NCBI GenBank assembly: GCA_964562615.1
Contig: CAZLUD010000001.1
Location: 257,072-321,071 of the forward strand
Reading direction: 5' to 3'
Source: an uncultured Candidatus Saccharibacteria bacterium
GTDB lineage: Bacteria > Patescibacteriota > Minisyncoccia > Phycocordibacterales > UBA12088
Length of the DNA stretch: 64,000 nt
The translations under genes and the position numbers were made by a program. Each line of letters begins with the position of its first letter. The first letter of the stretch is position 1. A model generated the notes under the pieces. The model saw nothing but the letters and a program-made list of their open reading frames with translations. It did not search any database and had not been told where the DNA came from. This document shows positions 18,153 through 28,726 of this stretch, piece by piece.

Positions 18153-20105
18153 CTAATTAGCTATTGTCACCACTTCATCAATAATAGTTTCCTTTTTCTT
18201 TGGGGTAATGCCGTTTTCTTTTAGGAGCATTTCAAACTCTTCTCTCTCTAGTGTTTCTACTTCAATAAGTCTTTTTGCAATCGCATCGAGTACTGGTCGG
18301 TGCTTGTGTATCACTTCCTTAGCTCGCTCCATTGCTCCGTTTACCAAGCTTGATACTTCTTCATCAATAAGCGCACTTACCTTTTCTGAGTACTCCTTTT
18401 CGTACATGGTCTTTCCGTATAGTGGTTGACCGTTTTCACTCTCAAGCGCAACAGGGCCAAGCGAGTCACTCATACCCCAACGAGTAACCATGTTACGAGC
18501 CAGGCTTGAGACGTGCTGTATATCCGCTGAAGGGCCTGTCGTAAGGTCACCAAACACTTCTCGCTCGGTAACATAGCCGCCTAGTGCCATTGCCATATCA
18601 TCAAGGAATTCTTTCTTTGAGTGCATCTTTTTATCCTCAAACGGAAGCTTGAGTACATACCCCGCCGCGCGCCCACGCGAGATAATAGAAATTTTATGTA
18701 CTGGATCAGCGTGTGGAAGCACACTCGCAACAAGCGCGTGTCCTGCCTCATGATAAGCGGTGATCTCTTTTTCTTTCTTTGAAAGAATGTGGCTCTTTCG
18801 CTCAGGGCCAAGCATCACCTTTTCGATAGAGCGGATAAGGTCGTACTGGGTTACTTCTTTTCTATTTTCTCTCGCAGTGAGAATTGCCGCCTCATTCATA
18901 AGTGAGTACAGCTCTGCCCCAGAAAATCCTGGTGTTCGTTCAGCGATAACCTTTAGATTAGCATCAGCGTGAAGTGGCTTTTTCTTTGCGTGCACAAGCA
19001 GTATCTGCTCTCTGTCCTTTCTATCTGGAAGGTCAATAGTAACTCGTCTATCAAATCTTCCAGGACGCAAAAGTGCAGGGTCAAGTACATCAGGGCGGTT
19101 AGTTGCAGCCATGACTATCACCTTTTCATTTGGCTCAAAGCCATCCATCTCGACGAGTATTTGGTTAAGGGTCTGCTCTCGTTCATCATTACCTCCCCCC
19201 ACACCAGTACCTCGCACGCGACCTACTGCATCAATCTCATCAACAAAGATAATCGCTGGCGCGCTCTTTTTAGCCATATCAAAAAGATCTCGCACACGAC
19301 TCGCGCCCACGCCAACAAACATCTCAACAAACTCCGATCCTGATATAGAGAAGAACGGCACACCCGCCTCACCTGCTACTGCACGAGCAAGAAGTGTCTT
19401 TCCGGTACCTGGGGCACCCATAAGGATGATGCCTTTAGGAATACGCGCCCCGATTTCAAGAAACTTTTTAGGATTTTTGAGAAAGTCTACAATCTCCATA
19501 AGCTCTTCCTTTGCCTCTTTTGCTCCGGCTACATCTGCAAAGGTAACTCGTTGATTGCTATCATTAGGATCAATCATGCGCGCCTTGCTCTGCCCAAAGG
19601 AGAACGCCTGCATCCCTGCCCCACGTACCTGCCGTGCAAAAAACCACACCAAAAACAGAATCACTGCAACCAAAAAGAGTGATGGTGCAAGGGTGAGAAA
19701 CCAAAACTTAAAGCCAGACTCGCTTTTTATATCAACAGAAATTTTTGCGAGCGCTTCGGTAGTCACGCCGTAATTTTTTAGCGTGTCAGTGAGCGCGGTA
19801 TTTACTTCTTTCTTAGAAGTGAGTGATTTTTCTGCAGTGTCAGTAATGACTAGTTCGTCACCGCGCACTTCAATGGTAGCTATCTCTCCCGCGGCAATTT
19901 TTGTCGCAAGCTCGGACAGAGAGATTTCTTCAGACTTCACGCCTTGTTCGCTAAGATACGTAAAAATACTCACCGTGAGAAATAGTGCCAAAATCACTGA
20001 TACCACATTAAGCCAAAACTGATTCCCCGACCCCATTCCAGAGAGTGGAGAATTATCCTTTTTTTGTGTTGGGAGTTTTTTGCCTCCGCGTTGTTTTTCG
20101 CTCAT
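18153..20105 (-). CDS. ftsH: ATP-dependent zinc metalloprotease FtsH
   Basis: AAA motif [26 protein letters not shown] region, zinc site HEAGHA; N-terminal TMs. Confidence 0.9.
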   Translation of the reverse strand: MSEKQRGGKKLPTQKKDNSPLSGMGSGNQFWLNVVSVILALFLTVSIFTYLSEQGVKSEEISLSELATKIAAGEIATIEVRGDELVITDTAEKSLTSKKEVNTALTDTLKNYGVTTEALAKISVDIKSESGFKFWFLTLAPSLFLVAVILFLVWFFARQVRGAGMQAFSFGQSKARMIDPNDSNQRVTFADVAGAKEAKEELMEIVDFLKNPKKFLEIGARIPKGIILMGAPGTGKTLLARAVAGEAGVPFFSISGSEFVEMFVGVGASRVRDLFDMAKKSAPAIIFVDEIDAVGRVRGTGVGGGNDEREQTLNQILVEMDGFEPNEKVIVMAATNRPDVLDPALLRPGRFDRRVTIDLPDRKDREQILLVHAKKKPLHADANLKVIAERTPGFSGAELYSLMNEAAILTARENRKEVTQYDLIRSIEKVMLGPERKSHILSKKEKEITAYHEAGHALVASVLPHADPVHKISIISRGRAAGYVLKLPFEDKKMHSKKEFLDDMAMALGGYVTEREVFGDLTTGPSADIQHVSSLARNMVTRWGMSDSLGPVALESENGQPLYGKTMYEKEYSEKVSALIDEEVSSLVNGAMERAKEVIHKHRPVLDAIAKRLIEVETLEREEFEMLLKENGITPKKKETIIDEVVTIAN

Positions 20106-20156
20106 ATAGGGCTTACTCTATCACAAACTCTCGTAGTTGCGAGCAATATATACTCG

Positions 20157-20185
20157 TTGAAAAGGGAGTGTATCTGTGGTATGGT
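20157..20185 (+). promoter_or_regulatory. Candidate promoter for infC-rpmI-rplT (TTGAAA-17 nt-TATGGT)
   Basis: Hexamers read directly upstream of infC. Confidence 0.35.
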
Positions 20186-20217
20186 ACCCGATGTAGCTAT
20201 TTCTAATCGTATACGTT

Positions 20218-20820
20218 TTGAAACAAGAAGATCGAGTTCGCATTAATGAAAACATCCGAGCCAGTGAGCTTAGAGTAATTGCCGCCGATGGCGGTAATAT
20301 TGGTGTTATCTCCCTTAGTGAGGCGCTTGCTAAGGCTAAAGAAGCTGGGCTTGATCTTATCGAGATATCTCCCCTTGCCGTACCACCTGTAGCCAGAATC
20401 ATGGACTATGGAAAGTTTCAATATGAACAAAAGAAGAAAGCAAAAGAGATAAAGCAGCGATCAGTGGTTACTGAAACAAAGAACATGCAGGTAAAAATTG
20501 GTACCGGCGACCATGACAAAGAGCTTAAAGCGAGCAGAGTAGATGAATGGCTCAAAGAGGGTCACCGTATCAAAATCGACCTCTTCTTGTTTGGTAGATA
20601 TAAGTACATGGATGAAAAATTCCTTAAAGAGCGCTTGAATCAATTTATGACGGTAATAAAAGAACCGTACAAAATTGCCGAAGAAATGAAAAAGAGCCCA
20701 AAAGGCTATAGTCTCACCATAGAAAGAGACAAAGGAGGCAAGCGAAAGGTTGTTGAAGGGCAAGAAACCCCTGAAAATAACCCCTCAAAAGAGCCTACTC
20801 CTAACGGTGGACAAATATAA
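20218..20820 (+). CDS. infC: Translation initiation factor IF-3 (non-ATG start likely)
   Basis: RINENIRASELRVI...GVISLSEALAKAKEAGLDLIEISP...PPVARIMDYGKF matches IF-3; ORF begins with TTG. Confidence 0.85.
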   Translation: MKQEDRVRINENIRASELRVIAADGGNIGVISLSEALAKAKEAGLDLIEISPLAVPPVARIMDYGKFQYEQKKKAKEIKQRSVVTETKNMQVKIGTGDHDKELKASRVDEWLKEGHRIKIDLFLFGRYKYMDEKFLKERLNQFMTVIKEPYKIAEEMKKSPKGYSLTIERDKGGKRKVVEGQETPENNPSKEPTPNGGQI

Positions 20821-20910
20821 AAAATCGGGTATAGTGGGTAAGCTATATTTTGCTTATCTGTAGCGTTGATATAAAGCAATACAACAGGCAGTAGCAGTGC
20901 CAAAAACACT

Positions 20911-21114
20911 ATGAAGTCAAACAAATCATTCAGCAAAAGAATAAAGGTAACCCGAACTGGAAAGCTAATCACTAGAAAGATTGGCCAGGGTCACAATAAC
21001 TCAAAAGAATCTACAAGAGAGAAGCTAGCAAAAGGCAGAACTCAGCAGATTCAGATGACTGCTAAATCAAGAGCTCGATTCCTTCCGGGTCTTCCAGGTA
21101 AATCTAGTAAATAA
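20911..21114 (+). CDS. rpmI: 50S ribosomal protein L35
   Basis: 67 aa basic protein; position between infC and rplT. Confidence 0.85.
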   Translation: MKSNKSFSKRIKVTRTGKLITRKIGQGHNNSKESTREKLAKGRTQQIQMTAKSRARFLPGLPGKSSK

Positions 21115-21119
21115 TCACT

Positions 21120-21461
21120 ATGTCACGAGTAAAAAGAGGAACAACCAAATTAAAGAGTCGTCGCTATACCCTAGCAAAGATGAAAGGCGGCAGGTTTGGT
21201 ATTGGATCAAAAGAGCGAGCTACACAAGAGGCAATCTTTCATGCGGCAGAACATTCATTTAGCCACCGCAAGGATAAAAAGGGTGATTTCAGACGCCTTT
21301 GGACAGTACGCCTTAATGCCGCGCTCCGTCCCCTCAATTTTTCATATAGCGTCTTTATCAAGAAGCTAAAGACAAAAGAGATCGGCCTAAACCGAAAGGT
21401 ACTCTCAGAGATCGCGCAAGAATCTCCTGAAAGCTTCAAGCGAATCGTCTCTTCTCTCTAA
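21120..21461 (+). CDS. rplT: 50S ribosomal protein L20
   Basis: MSRVKRGTTKLKSRR...RRLWTVRLNAA signature. Confidence 0.9.
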   Translation: MSRVKRGTTKLKSRRYTLAKMKGGRFGIGSKERATQEAIFHAAEHSFSHRKDKKGDFRRLWTVRLNAALRPLNFSYSVFIKKLKTKEIGLNRKVLSEIAQESPESFKRIVSSL

Positions 21462-21481
21462 GAAATATCACTTCTCTCAAC

Positions 21482-21512
21482 AAAAACACGCACCACTAGG
21501 TGCGTGTTTTTG
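21482..21512. terminator. Bidirectional terminator hairpin
   Basis: aaaacacgcacc-acta-ggtgcgtgtttttg. Confidence 0.55.
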
Positions 21513-21885
21513 TAAGTAGCCAAGCAATACCCCCACCAAAGAGCCCTACGCAAAGATCGAGTGTGGTATCAATAAAAAAGCCTGGCTCAATAGCATTTGC
21601 TATACCGCCATACAGCTCAAATATCTCCCAAAGCCCTGCAACCACGGCAACCACGCCGAAGGTTAGCATCCATTCTCGAGACTGAGTGACAAAGGTACCC
21701 TGAACCACATATCTACATAGCCACATGGTAGAGAGGCCAATAAAAAACCCTCCGAGAAAGTGCACCACAATATCAAACCACCAATATAGCCAATACCAGT
21801 AGTATACAAACGCACTATGGTGAAGTATCGCAATCACTAACGCCACCGCGAAAAGAGTCATGAGATGAACCGTTCTGGTCATAGG
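21496..21885 (-). CDS. Hypothetical polytopic membrane protein (Trp/Tyr-rich)
   Basis: Start at MTRTVHLMTLFAVAL...; several TM helices. Confidence 0.4.
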   Translation of the reverse strand, partial: PMTRTVHLMTLFAVALVIAILHHSAFVYYWYWLYWWFDIVVHFLGGFFIGLSTMWLCRYVVQGTFVTQSREWMLTFGVVAVVAGLWEIFELYGGIANAIEPGFFIDTTLDLCVGLFGGGIAWLLTKTRT

Positions 21886-22096
21886 TGCATAGTAACACAC
21901 GCAAAAGCCACTCAAAAGAGTGGCATCTACGTATCGCCAAACATATGTTGCCTTGGAAAAACAAGGTGGGCGATCGCAAACAAGAAGCAAACTTCTTGAA
22001 GATATAGACCAGCCCTAGGATATAACCAAGAAGGACAATATGTCTGGCGACAAGGCTAGTATACCATGATGCATACTAGGTCAATCTTCTAAAAAA

Positions 22097-22702
22097 CTAT
22101 TCAAGGATACCGTCAAGATTTACGTCGTACAGTATCTTTTCCCACACTGTTTTGTAATTCATGATGTCATTCTCTGAGAACCATACCTGAATTTCTCGCT
22201 CTGCCTCCTCTGGACTCTCAGAGCAGTGAATGAGATTTCGTACCGCCGAGCTTCGGTAGGTAGCGTGCGAGTAAGAGTCAACCGTAAGATCTCCTCGTAT
22301 GGTGCCTATATCTGCTGTTTTTGGCTCAGTAGTACCAACATGCTTAACCACTACACCTACTGCTTGATTTCCTTCTACTACTGCTGCAAGCACAGGGCCC
22401 GCAGTCATAAACTTCACATTACCCTCCATGATGTCTCTTCCGTACTCAATTGCTGGTTTATCAACCACCACACCACGGGCGGTAAGTTGCTCAACTACCC
22501 CCTGCCCTTTGCGCTCACACCATGCGTCATCTTTATTGTAGTGCGCTAATACCTGTTCGCGAGTAGGAACAAAAAACTTAAATGCGGTAAATTTTAGTCC
22601 AGTTCGCTCAATACGTGAGAGTACCTCTCCGACTAGTCCGCGCTGGATAGTGTCAGGCTTAAGAATAATAAGTGTTCGCTCTTTTTCAAATTGTCTATTC
22701 AT
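22097..22702 (-). CDS. ndk: Nucleoside diphosphate kinase
   Basis: ERTLIILKPD...RGLVGEV...NVKFMTAGP...; C-terminal extension. Confidence 0.85.
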   Translation of the reverse strand: MNRQFEKERTLIILKPDTIQRGLVGEVLSRIERTGLKFTAFKFFVPTREQVLAHYNKDDAWCERKGQGVVEQLTARGVVVDKPAIEYGRDIMEGNVKFMTAGPVLAAVVEGNQAVGVVVKHVGTTEPKTADIGTIRGDLTVDSYSHATYRSSAVRNLIHCSESPEEAEREIQVWFSENDIMNYKTVWEKILYDVNLDGILE

Positions 22703-22763
22703 GTATGTACTTACTAATTAATTGACCGCACTATAGCTAAAATTCTTATATATGTACAGACAG

Positions 22764-23534
22764 CTAGGCGGTTACCACCACTGGCTTGCCGTTTGTAATG
22801 ACTATGGTGTGTTCAAATTGCGCGCTTCGTGAACCATCTTTTGTACGAACCGTATACCCATCTCTATCGACAACAAAACGATTTTTACCCTCAATGACGA
22901 TAGGTTCAATGGCGAGCACCATATTTGGGACAAGACGAGCTCCCTTGCCAAATCCTGTGACATTTGGCACGTGCGGGTCTTCGTGGACTTTATACCCTAC
23001 CCCATGCCCTCCGTACTCCTCTGCCAAAGAAAACCCAGTGCCAATAACTGATTCTTCAATCGCATTACTGATATCACTTACATAATTATTTGGCAGCGCG
23101 GCCGCTATTGCCCTCTCGAGTGCTCGCTTGGTTACGGCAATAAGCGATGCGGCCCGCTCATCAATGTGACCTACCCCCACCGTTATGGTTGCGTCCACCA
23201 CTAAACCTTTTCGTACCAATCCCATATCCAACGAGACAATATCCCCCTCCTTAAGTATTTGTGGATTCTCATTTGGGATGCCGTGTACCACCACGTTGTT
23301 TATCGAGATACAGGCACTTGCAGGAAACGGCCTTGGAGCCCCTTGTGGTTTATAGTGTAAAAAGGCTGGTATATCTCCCTCTTTGCGAATAAGTGATTCC
23401 GCAAGATCATTTAACTCGTTAGTACTTACCCCAGCAACTGCAGCCTTGCCCACTTCATTGATTACTATCGCGAGGCGTTTGCCCGCGCTTTTGAGTATCT
23501 CTATCTCCTCAGGCTTTTTAAGAGAAATTGCCAT
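22764..23534 (-). CDS. map: Methionine aminopeptidase type I
   Basis: MAISLKKPEEIE..., metal ligands D..D..H..E..E pattern (VVDATI, HGIP). Confidence 0.9.
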   Translation of the reverse strand: MAISLKKPEEIEILKSAGKRLAIVINEVGKAAVAGVSTNELNDLAESLIRKEGDIPAFLHYKPQGAPRPFPASACISINNVVVHGIPNENPQILKEGDIVSLDMGLVRKGLVVDATITVGVGHIDERAASLIAVTKRALERAIAAALPNNYVSDISNAIEESVIGTGFSLAEEYGGHGVGYKVHEDPHVPNVTGFGKGARLVPNMVLAIEPIVIEGKNRFVVDRDGYTVRTKDGSRSAQFEHTIVITNGKPVVVTA

Positions 23535-24129
23535 TTGCGAATTTTATCTTTGAGATTATTTCTTGATGAACCTCTTCCACAGAATTATTACCATGTATCT
23601 TTATAAGACGGTAATCATCGCGCCAATCATAGTAATCAATAATGGGGAGCACTCTTCCTCTGTACCATGCCAAACGCTCTTTGATACCCTCAGGGGAGTC
23701 ATCGTGGCGTCCTCGAGCGAGTAATCGCTCAAATGCAGTCTCATCATCTATATCAAGAAAGATAACAATGGCAGGTAGCCTATTATAAAACTTAAGGGCG
23801 GTGTGGAGTATTTGCGCTTCAAACAACGAACGAGGAAACCCATCAATAAGAATATGTTCAGAGCCACCAAAATTATGGATGAAGCCTTGCGACCAGAGAG
23901 ACACAGAAAGAAACTCTGGCTGAAGCTTTCCCTCTTCCATACTTTCCTTTACTAGCTTCGCGGTATAACTATCTCCCTCCATCATCTCTCTGAAACCAGC
24001 GCCCGTTTCAAATCGAAATACCGCCCCATCGGTGCTTTTTTCTTTGAGATACGCTTCTAGTAAATTGGCCTGTGTCCCCTTACCTGCGCCCTGCATTCCT
24101 ATGAATATTATTGTTTGAGCAACCATATG
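23518..24129 (-). CDS. adk: Adenylate kinase (short form)
   Basis: Start at MVAQTIIFIGMQGAGKGTQ (P-loop); follows secY as in the canonical operon. Confidence 0.8.
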   Translation of the reverse strand, partial: HMVAQTIIFIGMQGAGKGTQANLLEAYLKEKSTDGAVFRFETGAGFREMMEGDSYTAKLVKESMEEGKLQPEFLSVSLWSQGFIHNFGGSEHILIDGFPRSLFEAQILHTALKFYNRLPAIVIFLDIDDETAFERLLARGRHDDSPEGIKERLAWYRGRVLPIIDYYDWRDDYRLIKIHGNNSVEEVHQEIISKIKFANGNFS

Positions 24130-24189
24130 CCTACAATAGCAAAAAAGACGGCTTAATGAAACAGCAAAAATATGGTTTGATACTATAGT

Positions 24190-24756
24190 ATGAAGAAACA
24201 CATAATCACCATCGCCGGTAAGCCAGGAAGCGGAAAATCAACCACTGCTAATTTACTCGCTCAAACGCTAGGCTACGAACGATATTCTTCAGGTGATTTT
24301 ATGCGTACTATTGCGATGAATCACCACATGACCCTTGCCGAGCTTGGTGAGTATGCAAAAACCCATCCAGAAATAGATCTTGAGATTGATGCAGAAAATG
24401 TAAAAGCAGGTACAAAGGACAATATAGTTATCGACGCGCGTCTTGCCTTTCACTTTATTCCAGAGTCCTACAAAGTGTACCTTGATCTTGATTTAGTCCA
24501 ATCTGCGAGTCGTATTTATCACAACCAAACAGAAGCACGTGTACAAAGCGGCGAATCACCAAGCAGTGAAAAGGAGCTTGAAACTATGCTTCGTGAACGA
24601 CTAGAAAGTGAGCGTGAACGATATACCACACTCTATGGCATAAATCACCTCGACCTATCTAACTATGACTTGGTTATAAATACCGAAAAACTATCCACTG
24701 AGGAGATAGTTGATCAGATTATTCACGGCTACAACTCCTTTATAGAAAAAGAGTAG
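24190..24756 (+). CDS. Cytidylate-kinase-like P-loop nucleotide kinase
   Basis: IITIAGKPGSGKST P-loop; about 188 aa; archaeal-type Cmk-like. Confidence 0.5.
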   Translation: MKKHIITIAGKPGSGKSTTANLLAQTLGYERYSSGDFMRTIAMNHHMTLAELGEYAKTHPEIDLEIDAENVKAGTKDNIVIDARLAFHFIPESYKVYLDLDLVQSASRIYHNQTEARVQSGESPSSEKELETMLRERLESERERYTTLYGINHLDLSNYDLVINTEKLSTEEIVDQIIHGYNSFIEKE

Positions 24757-24760
24757 GTTC

Positions 24761-26044
24761 TTAGTACTCTCTGATTGAAAGCTGAGCCTCAACCTTTCTA
24801 ATGAGGTCAAGCACCACAGAAACCGCGATGAGTAGTGAGGTTCCTCCTATTGCAAAGGCGGTAATACCGGTTGCTGCCTGCATCGCAAGAGGGAGTACCG
24901 CGATAAGTCCAAGGAAGAGTGCGCTCACTAGTGTAAGGCGAGTAAGAATATCACCAATGTACTCTGATGTGCTTACACCAGGACGCACCCCAGGAACAAA
25001 CGCTCCTGACTTCTGGAGATTTTTTGCAATCTGGTCTGGGTCAAAGGTAACTGCGGTGTAGAAATAGGTAAAGATGAAGACAAGCACAAAGTAAATACCT
25101 GCATATACCCACTGATTTGCCAAAAATTCGGTTACTTTTGTACCTACGTTATTTATCCATGCAATACCGACTCCTTGCGCAAAGTTAAAGAGCATCTGAG
25201 GAAGAAGCAACATAGAGAGTGCAAAGATGATTGGGATCACTCCCGCTTGATTGAGGCGGATAGGAAGATAGGTAGATACTCCACCTGAAATCTGACCTGA
25301 GCGTGCCTGCTTTGCGTAGGTAATAGGAATTGGTCGTTCTGCCTCTGTGATAACCACCACCGCATACGTGATAATTATTGCCGCAAGGGTAAAGCCGAGG
25401 TACAGCGGAAGTTGTGACACATCAAACGAGAAGAGGAGTTGGTTAACGGTAGTAGGAAGGCTTGCCACAATACCCGCAAAGATAAGGAGCGATACACCGT
25501 TACCAATACCAAACTCAGTAATAAGCTCACCGAGCCACATAAGAAGAAGTGATCCTGCTGATATCACGAGTACGTTTACGACAAAGGTAAGAATGTCGGT
25601 ATTGGCAACAATGCCCTGTCTTGTAAGGAGTACAAGGAAACCAAATCCCTGAGTAAGCGCAAGTGGTACAGCAAGCCATCGTGAGTACATGGCAAACTTT
25701 TTTCTTCCGATCTCTCCTTCCTCGCTATAGAGCGCCTTGAGCTTTGGTGACATCACCGTAAGAAGCTGCATGATGATAGACGCGGTAATGTATGGAGAAA
25801 GTCCAAGCATCACGATAGAAAGGTTCGCGAGTCCACCTCCTGAAAAGATATTAAGCAATCCGAGGAATTGGTTGTTATTGAAAAACTCTTCTAGTGCTAC
25901 AACGTCAATACCTGGTATTGGGATAACGGCAAGCGCTCGAAATACGAGCAACATACCAAGCACAAACAACAATCTATTCCGTATGGATGGATCTTGTACT
26001 GCGAGTTTTAGCTTGTGTAGAAACGTTTTTATCATAGAAGCCAT
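24761..26044 (-). CDS. secY: Preprotein translocase subunit SecY
   Basis: 427 aa, 10 TM, follows rplO. Confidence 0.9.
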   Translation of the reverse strand: MASMIKTFLHKLKLAVQDPSIRNRLLFVLGMLLVFRALAVIPIPGIDVVALEEFFNNNQFLGLLNIFSGGGLANLSIVMLGLSPYITASIIMQLLTVMSPKLKALYSEEGEIGRKKFAMYSRWLAVPLALTQGFGFLVLLTRQGIVANTDILTFVVNVLVISAGSLLLMWLGELITEFGIGNGVSLLIFAGIVASLPTTVNQLLFSFDVSQLPLYLGFTLAAIIITYAVVVITEAERPIPITYAKQARSGQISGGVSTYLPIRLNQAGVIPIIFALSMLLLPQMLFNFAQGVGIAWINNVGTKVTEFLANQWVYAGIYFVLVFIFTYFYTAVTFDPDQIAKNLQKSGAFVPGVRPGVSTSEYIGDILTRLTLVSALFLGLIAVLPLAMQAATGITAFAIGGTSLLIAVSVVLDLIRKVEAQLSIREY

Positions 26045-26046
26045 TC

Positions 26047-26499
26047 TTATGAGAGAATGGAGCCCCCTGCCTTGGTAATTGCCTCCTTTGCCGTTGCTGA
26101 AACTGCGCAGTTAGCAATCTGTAGCTTCTTAGTGAGTGTACCACGTCCAAGAATCTTTATAAGTGGGAGCTTCCCTTTTGTCCTTGGCACCATACCCTTT
26201 TTAAGGAGTGAAAGTGGAGATACAGAATCACCGGTAGCAAAATTCTTTTCTAGTGTATCGAGATTAACTGCAATAGCACGCTTTACCTCATTGTTTACTC
26301 CCTTCGCGCGATTAATACCGTGACCGCGAAGCTTTGGAAGCTTTTTGATCATATCTCGGATCTCAGGGCGAATTCGTGATCCAGCGCGTGCGGTCTGACC
26401 CTTGCCTCCCTTACCAGAAGTTTTTCCACGCTTTCCACCACGTCCTACTCGGCGTGCCTTCTTGTTTTCATTTACCCTTGAAAGATTGTGTAGCTGCAT
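26047..26499 (-). CDS. rplO: 50S ribosomal protein L15
   Basis: RVGRGGKRGKTSGKGGKGQ motif. Confidence 0.9.
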   Translation of the reverse strand: MQLHNLSRVNENKKARRVGRGGKRGKTSGKGGKGQTARAGSRIRPEIRDMIKKLPKLRGHGINRAKGVNNEVKRAIAVNLDTLEKNFATGDSVSPLSLLKKGMVPRTKGKLPLIKILGRGTLTKKLQIANCAVSATAKEAITKAGGSILS

Positions 26500-26501
26500 A
26501 C

Positions 26502-27095
26502 TTATTTGGTTTTAAGTGCTTGAAGTGCCTCTATTGCAGCAACCGCATTGTTGAGCTTGTTCTTGCTGCGTGAAAGAATTTTTGAGGTGACATCGGTAAC
26601 TCCAGCAAACTCAAGTACGGTACGTACTGAGCTACCTGCCACTAGTCCGCGTCCTGGTGCTGGGCGAAGCTCAATAACAGATGAAGCGTACTTTGATCCA
26701 ACTGGATGAGGAATTGATTTTGTCTCTGTCATTGCAACAGTAATCATGTTCCTTTTGCACTCTCGTAGCGCCTTCTCGATAGCAAGTGCGGTGTCGCTTG
26801 CCTTTCCAGTACCTACACCGACTCTTCCGTTTCTGTCTCCTGCTACCATTGCAACAGAGAAGCTAAATCGTCTTCCTCCACCCATCACACGAGTAACGCG
26901 TCGTATGCTGATGAGCTTCTGATCAAATTCAGGACGAACCCGCTCTCTAGTACCACGTCGTGGTCGCTTTGGCATACGTCTGTTTCTAGGACGATCACCG
27001 TATGGAGCATCCTTAGGAGTACTCGCACTCTGAAGTGGCGGCGTCTGCGCTACGCCTTCGTTAGTACTAGTGATTGTTTTCGTTTCTTCTGTCAT
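26502..27095 (-). CDS. rpsE: 30S ribosomal protein S5 (N-terminal extension)
   Basis: RVTRVMGGGRRFSFSVAMVAGDRNGRVGVGTGKA core; abuts rplO with no L30 gene in between. Confidence 0.9.
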   Translation of the reverse strand: MTEETKTITSTNEGVAQTPPLQSASTPKDAPYGDRPRNRRMPKRPRRGTRERVRPEFDQKLISIRRVTRVMGGGRRFSFSVAMVAGDRNGRVGVGTGKASDTALAIEKALRECKRNMITVAMTETKSIPHPVGSKYASSVIELRPAPGRGLVAGSSVRTVLEFAGVTDVTSKILSRSKNKLNNAVAAIEALQALKTK

Positions 27096-27107
27096 ACGGA
27101 TGTGTAA

Positions 27108-27455
27108 TTAAAAATTGAGTCCTCCCTTACGAGCACCTTCAGCAAGCGCCTTTACTGCTCCGGTGTATATGTACCCACCTCTATCAAATACCACCGCAGT
27201 AACTCCAGCGGCCTTTGCATGCTTTGCCACCTCTTCTCCTACCACCTGTGCGCTCGCGAGCTTTGGTGTGGTCATTTTAAGTGATGATGCAGCAGCAAGA
27301 GTTATGCCCTTAGTATCATCTATTATTTGTGCGTAGATGTATCCGTTTGATTTATAGACAGAAAGTCGAGGACGTTCAGCTGAGCCAACAACCTTAGACC
27401 TAATTCGTCCTTGGCGTCTCTTTCTTGTTGCTGCTTTGTGAATGGTTTTTTTCAT
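27108..27455 (-). CDS. rplR: 50S ribosomal protein L18
   Basis: Conserved C-terminal ...[23 protein letters not shown]. Confidence 0.9.
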   Translation of the reverse strand: MKKTIHKAATRKRRQGRIRSKVVGSAERPRLSVYKSNGYIYAQIIDDTKGITLAAASSLKMTTPKLASAQVVGEEVAKHAKAAGVTAVVFDRGGYIYTGAVKALAEGARKGGLNF

Positions 27456-27458
27456 ATA

Positions 27459-27992
27459 CTATACGTTCTTCTTACCCTCCTTCATACGAACATACTCGCC
27501 CGAGTAACGAATACCCTTTCCCTTGTATGGTTCTGGCTTCTTTGTTGCGCGAATGTTTGCTGCAAATTGTCCAAGCGCATCTTTGTCTGCTCCAGAGATA
27601 GTGATTACGTTCTTTTCAATGGTTACGGTAAGACCTTTTGGAATATCAAAAATAACTGGGTGAGAAAATCCAAGCGCACACTTGATGGTGTTACCGACAA
27701 GCTCTGCCTTGTACCCCACACCTTGTACTTCAAGCTTCTTTTCAAATCCCTTGGTGACTCCTTCGATAAGGTTGGCGATGTGCGCCATGGTAGTACCCCA
27801 CATAGCTCGTGCAAAAAGAGTATCCACTGTTGGCTTTGCGGTTACCACGTTATTCTCCACACTCACTGCTATCTCGCTTCTCATTGGCTTTGTGAGTTCT
27901 CCTTTTGGACCTGCAACAACTATAGCCCCCTCCTTGAGGGTTATGGTGACACCTTGTGGTATCTGCAATTCTTGTTTACCGACTCTGCTCAT
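27459..27992 (-). CDS. rplF: 50S ribosomal protein L6
   Basis: Start at MSRVGKQELQIPQGV... Confidence 0.85.
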   Translation of the reverse strand: MSRVGKQELQIPQGVTITLKEGAIVVAGPKGELTKPMRSEIAVSVENNVVTAKPTVDTLFARAMWGTTMAHIANLIEGVTKGFEKKLEVQGVGYKAELVGNTIKCALGFSHPVIFDIPKGLTVTIEKNVITISGADKDALGQFAANIRATKKPEPYKGKGIRYSGEYVRMKEGKKNV

Positions 27993-27999
27993 ATTTGTA

Positions 28000-28395
28000 T
28001 TACCAGACTGTAAAGAGAGCTTCCCCTCCGACATTGCGCTTGCGCGCTTCTCTGTCTGAGAGTATCCCCTCTGGGGTTGATAGTATCATCGCACCGTACC
28101 CTTCTCTAACCTTATTGATCTCGTCTACCCCTTTGTACTCTCTGCGTCCCGGCTTTGAGTATCGCTTCATATCTGTCACCTTACTCTTACCATATTTATC
28201 ATACGCAAGGGTGATTGATAGTGCTGGCTTTCCTGCCTTCTCCGCCTTCTCCACTTTGCCTACGTAGCCAAGTGATGAAAGCGTATCAGCGATAGCATGC
28301 TTGAGTTTAGAATACGGTATTGTCACCATATCATGCTTCACCGCTGAAGCATTTTTTATTGTTACTAGCATTGCTGAAATTGGATCGGTCATCAT
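28000..28395 (-). CDS. rpsH: 30S ribosomal protein S8
   Basis: MMTDPISAMLVTIKNA... Confidence 0.9.
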   Translation of the reverse strand: MMTDPISAMLVTIKNASAVKHDMVTIPYSKLKHAIADTLSSLGYVGKVEKAEKAGKPALSITLAYDKYGKSKVTDMKRYSKPGRREYKGVDEINKVREGYGAMILSTPEGILSDREARKRNVGGEALFTVW

Positions 28396-28396
28396 A

Positions 28397-28582
28397 TTAC
28401 CAGCTTGATTTCTTAATTCCAGGAATTTGACCTAGGTTAGCTAGCTCTCTAAAGCAGATTCGGCACATACCGAAGTCTCGCATATAGGCTCGTTTTCTTC
28501 CGCAACGAAAACACCGTCGCACTTCTCTAGTGCTAAACTTTGGTGTTTTTTCTGATCGGGCAATTACTGACTTTTTGGCCAT
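28397..28582 (-). CDS. rpsZ: 30S ribosomal protein S14 type Z (zinc-binding)
   Basis: 61 aa with CxxC...CxxC. Confidence 0.85.
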   Translation of the reverse strand: MAKKSVIARSEKTPKFSTREVRRCFRCGRKRAYMRDFGMCRICFRELANLGQIPGIKKSSW

Positions 28583-28726
28583 ACGAAAATAAAACGCCTA
28601 CAAAAACGGCGTAGAGGCATACTATCAAGCAAGTGCCCTAGTGTCAACGATTTATATCTAAAAAACACAAATACAAAACCGCCAAGAGTGTTCTTGGCGG
28701 TTTTAGTATGCAGTGTAAGGATATTT
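28583..28726 (-). promoter_or_regulatory. Unusually long (144 nt) intra-operon spacer with hairpins between rpsZ and rplE
   Basis: ccgccaaga-gtgtt-cttggcgg followed by T-run, plus a cgcctac...ggcgtag hairpin. Confidence 0.3.

Noticed and set aside
27411-28013. 200-aa plus-strand ORF (and many similar 60-170 aa ORFs, e.g. 30180-30683, 33279-33887, 33974-34468, 37795-38298, 19111-19554) antisense to ribosomal-protein, tuf or ftsH genes
   Set aside because: They lie entirely within well-supported conserved genes on the opposite strand and have low-complexity or odd composition. These are typical shadow ORFs.
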